Assembly: GCA_038231135.1 (NCBI GenBank)
Contig: JBBRLX010000005.1
Coordinates: 32,001 to 96,000, forward strand
Length of the DNA: 64,000 nt
Direction of reading: 5' to 3'
From: Candidatus Eiseniibacteriota bacterium
GTDB lineage: Bacteria; Eisenbacteria; RBG-16-71-46
The position numbers were made by a program, and so were the translations under genes. Within the stretch, counting starts at the first letter, position 1. Each line of letters begins with the position of its first letter. Shown one piece after another: positions 57,731-64,000 of this stretch. The notes beneath the pieces are model-generated. The model searched no databases, was not told where the DNA came from, and worked only from the letters and a program-made list of their open reading frames with translations.

Positions 57731-59026
57731 GTGATCCAGGCAAGACAGGCAGTCTACGCGGGTGCGCTGGGGCTCTTGGTGCTGCTGGCCGGCTGCGCCG
57801 GTGCCCCCGTGCGCAGGACGAACACGCGTCCCGAGGCGATCATCGTGTCGCCGAAGGACGGTTCGACGGTCATGGCCGGAGAGTCGGTGGCACTGGCCGC
57901 AGACGCGCGCGACCAGCAGGAACCGGCCGCGCGGCTCCAGTACCAGTGGGACGTCGACGCGATCCGGGCGGACCACAGCCGCCGCCGGGTGCTGAGTCTG
58001 CGGGGGATCAAGACCGCGTTCGAGCCGCCCACGACGACCGTGGATCACTACGAAGTGCGGCTGATCGTCACCGATTCCGGCATGCTGCGCGACACCGTGC
58101 ACGTGCGGCTCGCCGCGATCCCGCGGCCGGCGAAGCCGGTGGCGAGCGCGACCGCGTCCCGCAGTGCCACGACTCCCGTCGCACCCCGGATCGGCAATCA
58201 CACCGCGCCGGAGAAGCCGTCGCATACGGCGAAGGCTCCCGTCCGCACCGCGTCCGCCGGTTCGAAGCCAAAGGGGAGCGGCCCCGCGCCGGCAGCCACC
58301 GCCTCCGCGGACGGCGGCCACACCGTCTCGAGCCCGACCGCGCAGCCGTCCCTGGCGGCTCGCAGCGCCACCGCGGTCCAGGTCCCGCCGCCCGCGACCG
58401 TCGACGCCGCGCCGCCGCCGGCGACCACGACCGCGGCCAGCCCGGCATCGAGCCGGGACAGCGGAGCCGCCAAGCCGAATCCGCCCTCGCCGCCGCCGGT
58501 CGCGCCGCAGACGCAGCCGGCTCCGGACGAGGCGTCCTATCCGCTCGGTCCCGGCGACGAAGTCCACGTCGCGATCTATGCCGGCGGCGAGAAGCAGGAG
58601 GATTTTTCCGGGAACGTGGCGCCGTCGGGCACGCTGACGAGCCCGCTGATCGGCGAGATCCCGGTGTCCGGGCTCACCGCATCGGAGGTGTCCAACCGGA
58701 TTCGCGAGATCCTCGCCCGCGACTACTTCGTGAATCCGCAGGTGATGGTGAGCGTCGCGTCGTTCGCCCGCAAGGTGTACGTGTCGGGCGAAGTGCGCAA
58801 TCCCGGTGGCTACTCGGTCGCGACCGGGCTGACGGTGATGAGCGTGTGCACGCTGGCCGGTGGCTTCACCGACTTCGCGTCGCTCAAGAGTGTGAAGCTG
58901 ATCCGCACCGAGAACGGCAGGACGCGGACGATCGATATCGACCTTTCCAAGGTGCGTCGCGGTAAAGCGCCGGACCTGGCCGTCATGGCGGGCGACCGCA
59001 TCGACGTGCCTCACCGCCGCTACTAG
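57731..59026 (+). CDS. Polysaccharide export OPX protein (Poly_export + SLBB) with N-terminal Ig/PKD-like domain
   Basis: Lipobox LLAGC; Y.LGPGD.V, V...G....PLIG...V.GLT, Y..NPQV.V, V.GEV.NPG.Y, AGGFT.FA, GD.I.VP. Confidence 0.85.
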   Translation: MIQARQAVYAGALGLLVLLAGCAGAPVRRTNTRPEAIIVSPKDGSTVMAGESVALAADARDQQEPAARLQYQWDVDAIRADHSRRRVLSLRGIKTAFEPPTTTVDHYEVRLIVTDSGMLRDTVHVRLAAIPRPAKPVASATASRSATTPVAPRIGNHTAPEKPSHTAKAPVRTASAGSKPKGSGPAPAATASADGGHTVSSPTAQPSLAARSATAVQVPPPATVDAAPPPATTTAASPASSRDSGAAKPNPPSPPPVAPQTQPAPDEASYPLGPGDEVHVAIYAGGEKQEDFSGNVAPSGTLTSPLIGEIPVSGLTASEVSNRIREILARDYFVNPQVMVSVASFARKVYVSGEVRNPGGYSVATGLTVMSVCTLAGGFTDFASLKSVKLIRTENGRTRTIDIDLSKVRRGKAPDLAVMAGDRIDVPHRRY

Positions 59027-59044
59027 AGGGCAATCGAGAGACCC

Positions 59045-60373
59045 ATGGCCAAACCTTCGGAGATGGACCTGAGAGACTACGGCCGCATTCTCGTGCGGCG
59101 GAAGTGGTGGGTGCTGAGTTCGTTGCTGGGGGCGCTGGTGCTCGCGTTCGTGCTGAACACCGTCACGGCGCCGGTGTACCGGGCGACCGTGCGCATCCAG
59201 ATCTCCCGTGAGCCCTCGCGTTCGCTGCTGACCGGCGCGGAGATCGAGAGTCCCAGTGCCCAGTCCGACAACCTCGCGCTGTTCACCGCGGCCGAGCTGA
59301 TCACGAACCGCAAGCTGATGGCGCGCGCCGTGAGCTCGCTGCGGCAGCGCGGCGTGCTGACCGGCGACGAGGGCACGGCCCAGTCCTGGTTGGGGCGGCT
59401 GCTGCGCGGCGTCCCGGCGTCCGCGGGCACGATCGAAGCCAGCGACACCACCGGTACTCCGGTGTCGAACGACGAGGTGGACTGGCTGCTGTCGAACATC
59501 AACGTCGAACCGGTGCGCGACACCCGGCTCGTGAACATTCACGTCGAGCTGTCGAATCCGCGCTCGGCCGAGAAGGTCGCGAACACCGTGGCCGACTTGT
59601 TCGTGCGCTACCAGGCGGAGACGCACTCGGCGGGATCGTCGAGCATGGTGACGTACCTCACGAGCCAGCTCCAGGACGTGCGCGCGAACCTCGCGCAGTC
59701 CGAGCAGGCGTCGGCGTTCGTGAAGGCACGCAGCGACCGGGTCGCGGTCCAGGCGCGTCTCGACCAGCTGCGCCAGGCGCAGGAGTCGCTCGACCTCGAT
59801 CATCTGACCATTCAGACGCCCGCGATCGACGCGTTGCGCAAGCAGCTCGCCGATTCCGAGAGCGAGCTCGCGAAGGCGCGCCAGATCTACAAGGACCGCC
59901 ATCCGCGGCTGGTGGCGCTCGAGACCGAGAACGCGTCGATCCGCAGCAGCATCAGGAACGAGCTGGCGACCGTGATGGCGCAGGTGCGCGGCGAGCTGGT
60001 CACCGCCAGCGCGGCCGAGCGCAGCGTGGCGGGTGTCCCGGCGACGCTCAGCAGCCGCAACCCGGCGACGCTCGAGAGCGACGTCGCGAACAATCGTGAC
60101 CTGTACAACGCGCTGCTCACCAAGCTCAAGGAGGCCGAGATCAGCGGCCAGGCGCACGGCCCGCTGGTCGAGGTCGTGGAGCCGGCGGCCGCGCAGCCCG
60201 ATCCGGTGCGCCCGCGCAAGCTGATGAACTTCATCGTGTGTCTGTTCGCAGGCGGCGTCATCGGCACCGGCCTCGCATTCCTGCGTGAATACCTGCGCCG
60301 CACCATCCGCACGCCGCAGGACGTCGACGAGCACCTCCAGCTGCCCGTTCTGGGCCTCATCCCGAAGGCGTGA
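59045..60373 (+). CDS. Polysaccharide co-polymerase (Wzc N-terminal / GumC-like, no fused kinase)
   Basis: DLRDY..IL.RRKW, PVYRAT, Y...HP, P..PV.P, second TM, TIRTP.DV...L.LPVLG.IP. Confidence 0.88.
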   Translation: MAKPSEMDLRDYGRILVRRKWWVLSSLLGALVLAFVLNTVTAPVYRATVRIQISREPSRSLLTGAEIESPSAQSDNLALFTAAELITNRKLMARAVSSLRQRGVLTGDEGTAQSWLGRLLRGVPASAGTIEASDTTGTPVSNDEVDWLLSNINVEPVRDTRLVNIHVELSNPRSAEKVANTVADLFVRYQAETHSAGSSSMVTYLTSQLQDVRANLAQSEQASAFVKARSDRVAVQARLDQLRQAQESLDLDHLTIQTPAIDALRKQLADSESELAKARQIYKDRHPRLVALETENASIRSSIRNELATVMAQVRGELVTASAAERSVAGVPATLSSRNPATLESDVANNRDLYNALLTKLKEAEISGQAHGPLVEVVEPAAAQPDPVRPRKLMNFIVCLFAGGVIGTGLAFLREYLRRTIRTPQDVDEHLQLPVLGLIPKA

Positions 60374-61518
60374 CCATGGACACTGCGGCGTTTCAACCCC
60401 TGGCTTCCGCGATGCTGCCGTTCCTGCAGAAGGGCGTCAGCAAGATCATCATCACCAGCAGCGGCCCCGGCGAGGGCAAGTCGACCGTCACCGCGAATCT
60501 CGGCCGCGCACTCGCGCGCTCCGGCCGGCTCAGCGTGCTGCTGGTCGACACCGACCCGTACAAGCCGGCGTTGCACAAGCGGTTCGGCGTCGAGAACCGC
60601 CGCGGCCTCGGCAACCTGCTGAGCGAGATCTACGGAATCGACCTCGCGCGCGAGAATCCCAACCAGTTCGGCATCGGCGACTGGGTCGAGCTGCTCAGGG
60701 CGCAGTCCCGCACGGGCACGCTGCTGATCCGCCAGGCCAACGACGAGTTCCAGATCGTGTTCCACCGCGGCCGCATCACCAGCCTGAGCGGCGGTTCGCG
60801 CGACGAGACCGGCCGCATCGGCCAGCTGCTGGTGCAGGACGGCCGCATCACGAACGAGCAGCGCGACGTCGCGCTCAAGGTGCAGAAGGAGGGCCAGCGC
60901 CGCATCGGCGAGGTGCTGCGCGGCCTCGGCTACGTGGGCAACGCCGATCTCGACGCCGCACTCGAGACGCAGCTCCGCGACTGCCTGCACCGCATCGTCA
61001 CGCTGCAGCGCCCGACGTATCACTTCGCGGAGACCGCGCAGGCCTACCTGCCGAATCCCGCGGCCTGGCAGGGCGACGACGACGGTTCCTCGATCGACAC
61101 GTTCATCAACGGGCGGTTCGGCGAGTACCTCAAGCACCCGTTCCTGTCGAGCCAGATCCCGAGCTACCTGACCGACACGGGCATGGACAACCTCAAGATC
61201 CTCACCACCGGCACGGTGACGTTCGATCTCGCGGACCGGCCGTTCGCGATCCTGGCCGAACGGCTGTCGCGGTCCTACGACGTCATTCTCATGGATTGCG
61301 CCCCGGTCGCGGTCACGAGCCCCACCGGCGCGCTCACCTCGGTCGCACACGGCGTGCTGCTCGTCGTGAAGGCCGAGGGCTACGATCTCCGCATCGTTCA
61401 GCAGGCGAAGGAGCAGCTCACCCGGTCCGGCGCGAATCTGCTGGGCGTGGTGCTGAACCAGGTCGACATCCGCCACGACGAAACGTTGTCCTACTACTAT
61501 GGAGCCTATCGACGCTGA
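60370..61518 (+). CDS. BY-kinase (CpsD/CapB type) with inserted DUF4388-like domain and MshEN motif
   Basis: Walker [11 protein letters not shown], Walker A' LVDTD...P, Walker B ILMDCAP, LGVVLN, Tyr tail YYYGAY; about 180-aa insert. Confidence 0.85.
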   Translation: MTMDTAAFQPLASAMLPFLQKGVSKIIITSSGPGEGKSTVTANLGRALARSGRLSVLLVDTDPYKPALHKRFGVENRRGLGNLLSEIYGIDLARENPNQFGIGDWVELLRAQSRTGTLLIRQANDEFQIVFHRGRITSLSGGSRDETGRIGQLLVQDGRITNEQRDVALKVQKEGQRRIGEVLRGLGYVGNADLDAALETQLRDCLHRIVTLQRPTYHFAETAQAYLPNPAAWQGDDDGSSIDTFINGRFGEYLKHPFLSSQIPSYLTDTGMDNLKILTTGTVTFDLADRPFAILAERLSRSYDVILMDCAPVAVTSPTGALTSVAHGVLLVVKAEGYDLRIVQQAKEQLTRSGANLLGVVLNQVDIRHDETLSYYYGAYRR

Positions 61519-62741
61519 TGGAACGACTGACCGAAAAGCCCGGGGCCGCTCCCAGGATGGTAGCCGGTGAGCCGCCGAAGATCCGCGACACGTTCCTGCC
61601 GTTCGCCCTGCCACTGATCGGCGAGGAGGAGATCGCAGGCGTCGTCATGTGCCTGCGCTCCGGCTGGCTCACCACCGGACAGAAGGTGCGGGAGTTCGAG
61701 CAGGAATTCGCCACGTGGGCGGGCTCGAAACACGCGATCGCGGTCAACTCGGCGACGTCCGGCCTGCACCTGGCGCTCGAAGCGCTGGGCGTGGGACCCG
61801 GCGACGAGGTCATCACCACGCCCATGACGTTCACCGCCACCGCGGCGGTGGTCGAACACCTGGGCGGTGTGCCGGTGCTGGTCGATTGCGAGCCCGACAC
61901 GCTCAACATCGATCCGCGCCTGATCGAGGCGAAGATCACCCCGCGCACCAAGGCGATCATGCCGGTGCACTTCTCCGGGCAGTCCGCCGACATGGACGCG
62001 ATCATGGCGATCGCGCACGAACACGGCATCCGCGTGGTGGAGGACGCGGCGCACGCGATCCCCACGGCGTGGAAGGGACGCCGCATCGGCTCGATCGGCG
62101 ACATCACGGTGTTCAGCTTCTACGCCACGAAGAACCTCACCACCGGCGAGGGCGGCATGATCACGACCGACGACGACGCGCTCGCCGAGCGCATGCGGCT
62201 GATGTGCCTGCACGGCATGAGCCGCGACGCGTGGAAGCGCTACACGCAGGCCGGCGCGTGGTCCTACGAGATCCTCGCGCCGGGCTTCAAGTACAACCTG
62301 ACCGACATCGCCGCGGCGATCGGCATCCCGCAGCTGCGTCACGCGGCCGAGTACCACGCGCGGCGGGCCTCGATCGCGGCGCGCTACGACGCGGCGCTCG
62401 GCAAGCTCGCCGGCGTGCGCATTCCCACCACGCGCGACGCCCAGGAGCACGGCTGGCATCTGTACGTGATGCAGGTGCAGCACGACAAGCTCACGATCGA
62501 CCGGGACGAGTTCATCCAGCAGCTCGTGGCGCTCAACATCGGCGTCTCGGTGCACTTCATCCCGCTCCACCTGCATCCCTACTGGCGTGACCGCTACGGT
62601 TACAAGCCGGAGGACTTCCCCGCGGCCTACGCAGCCTTCCAGCGCATCATCTCGCTGCCGATCTACGCGAAGATGAGCGACCGCGACGTGCAGGATGTGA
62701 TCGACGCAGTCACCTGGATCGCCACCCGCTACCGGAAATGA
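61518..62741 (+). CDS. DegT/DnrJ/EryC1/StrS family sugar aminotransferase
   Basis: [51 protein letters not shown]. Confidence 0.93.
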   Translation: MERLTEKPGAAPRMVAGEPPKIRDTFLPFALPLIGEEEIAGVVMCLRSGWLTTGQKVREFEQEFATWAGSKHAIAVNSATSGLHLALEALGVGPGDEVITTPMTFTATAAVVEHLGGVPVLVDCEPDTLNIDPRLIEAKITPRTKAIMPVHFSGQSADMDAIMAIAHEHGIRVVEDAAHAIPTAWKGRRIGSIGDITVFSFYATKNLTTGEGGMITTDDDALAERMRLMCLHGMSRDAWKRYTQAGAWSYEILAPGFKYNLTDIAAAIGIPQLRHAAEYHARRASIAARYDAALGKLAGVRIPTTRDAQEHGWHLYVMQVQHDKLTIDRDEFIQQLVALNIGVSVHFIPLHLHPYWRDRYGYKPEDFPAAYAAFQRIISLPIYAKMSDRDVQDVIDAVTWIATRYRK

Positions 62742-64000
62742 AACGTCTGTTCGACATCGTCGTCGCGGCGGTGGGAATCCTGTTCCTGTCGCCGGTGATG
62801 GCGGTCGTCGCACTGCTCATCAAGCTCGAAGGCGACGGTCCCGTGCTGTTCCGGCAGCAGCGGGCCGGCCGCCGCATGAAGCCGTTCGACATCCTCAAGT
62901 TCCGCACGATGGTGACGAACGCGCCCGCGCTGGGACCCGGCGTGACGATCGGCAACGACCGCCGCATCACCCGCGCCGGCGGCGTTCTGCGCAAGACCAA
63001 GCTCGACGAGCTGCCGCAGCTGTTCAACGTGCTGCGCGGCGAGATGAGCTTCGTCGGCCCGCGGCCCGAGCTGCCGCGCTACGTCGCGCTGTACCCCGCG
63101 GAGTTCAAGGAAGTGCTGAGCGTGCGGCCCGGCATCACCGACATCGCGTCGATCGTCTACCGTGATGAGTCGGGCATCCTCGCGCGCTCGGCAGACCCCG
63201 AGGCCTACTACGAATCCGTCGTGCTCCCCGACAAGATCCGCATGGCCCGCGAGTACGTGCGCGCGTCGTCGCTGTGGTTCGACGTCAAGCTGATCTTCAC
63301 CACGCTCACGGTCCTGCTGTATCCGCGCCGGACCGCCGAGCGGGTCGTCGACCGCCTCGGCCGCCAGCGGGTGCCGCTCTCGATCGCCGTGCACGCGGCC
63401 GCCGCCGTGCTCGCGAGCGCCCTGGCCTACGCGGTGCGGTTCGACGGCCGCGCGCCGGCGTCCGAATGGCACCGGTTCTCAAGCCTGCTGCCGTGGCTCG
63501 TCGCGGCACGGCTCCTGGGGTTCCTGCCGGCCGGCGTGTACCGCAGCCTGTGGCGCTACTCGGATGCCCGCGACCTCGAGCGCACGGCGCTGGGCGTGGC
63601 GCTGGGCTCCGGCCTGTTCACGCTCGCGCTCCGCGTGATCCCCGGCGGCGCGGGAACCTCGACGGCGGTGCTGGTGCTGGACGCGCTGCTGTGCCTCGCA
63701 CTGCTCGGCGGCGTGCGGTTCGCGCGCCGCATGATGAGCCGGCTGCGCAACGAGGTGCCGCGCACGCGCCGCGCGCTGCTCGTTGCGACCGGCGACGTCG
63801 CCGACCGCGTGCTGGGCGGCATCGCCGGCGACCCGCTGTCGGGCTGCCACGTGATCGGCGTGCTCGAGGACGACGCGTCGCGCACCGGCGCCACCCTGCA
63901 CGGCGTGCCGGTGCTCGGCGCCGCATCCGACCTCGAGGCCATGATCAAGCGCGAGCAGCCCGACGAGATCCTGATCGCGGGCGGCTCGCCGCAGGCGGTG
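62738..64000 (+). CDS. Phosphoglycosyl transferase (PglC-like) fused to a CapD/PglF-like region (3' truncated by window)
   Basis: [44 protein letters not shown]; then [17 protein letters not shown]...G..LHGVPVLG with no stop. Confidence 0.85.
   Translation, partial: MKRLFDIVVAAVGILFLSPVMAVVALLIKLEGDGPVLFRQQRAGRRMKPFDILKFRTMVTNAPALGPGVTIGNDRRITRAGGVLRKTKLDELPQLFNVLRGEMSFVGPRPELPRYVALYPAEFKEVLSVRPGITDIASIVYRDESGILARSADPEAYYESVVLPDKIRMAREYVRASSLWFDVKLIFTTLTVLLYPRRTAERVVDRLGRQRVPLSIAVHAAAAVLASALAYAVRFDGRAPASEWHRFSSLLPWLVAARLLGFLPAGVYRSLWRYSDARDLERTALGVALGSGLFTLALRVIPGGAGTSTAVLVLDALLCLALLGGVRFARRMMSRLRNEVPRTRRALLVATGDVADRVLGGIAGDPLSGCHVIGVLEDDASRTGATLHGVPVLGAASDLEAMIKREQPDEILIAGGSPQAV

Overview
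A GC-rich bacterial chromosomal window whose gene content (SprA, an M28 glutaminyl cyclase-like lipoprotein, a cargo protein with a T9SS/FlgD-type C-terminal domain, alternative GlmU) suggests a non-Bacteroidota FCB-group organism such as Ca. Eisenbacteria; this taxonomy is an inference. In order: 3' end of accC, comB, lptG/lptF, a 2086-aa SprA-like translocon with the M28 lipoprotein, the rimP-nusA-infB-DUF503-rbfA-truB-ribF-rpsO-pnp-M16 block, a pair of related genes (one full-length HNH nuclease, one truncated) with coding palindromic repeats, an aminotransferase, an envelope glycosylation operon, a dehydratase-cyclodeaminase-dehydratase triad, sugar-nucleotide and glycogen genes, aspartokinase with an internal start, tRNA-Gly, variant FolE, a CxxC-less TrxR-like gene, a structured ncRNA candidate, a cupredoxin lipoprotein plus orphan histidine kinase, a 2179-aa secreted protein behind a sigma54-like promoter, and the start of an exopolysaccharide cluster. 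The most striking observation is a BY-type tyrosine kinase in that cluster with a DUF4388-like insert containing a tandem MshEN c-di-GMP-binding motif inside its catalytic domain. Family assignments come from reading motifs by eye; no database searches were run.
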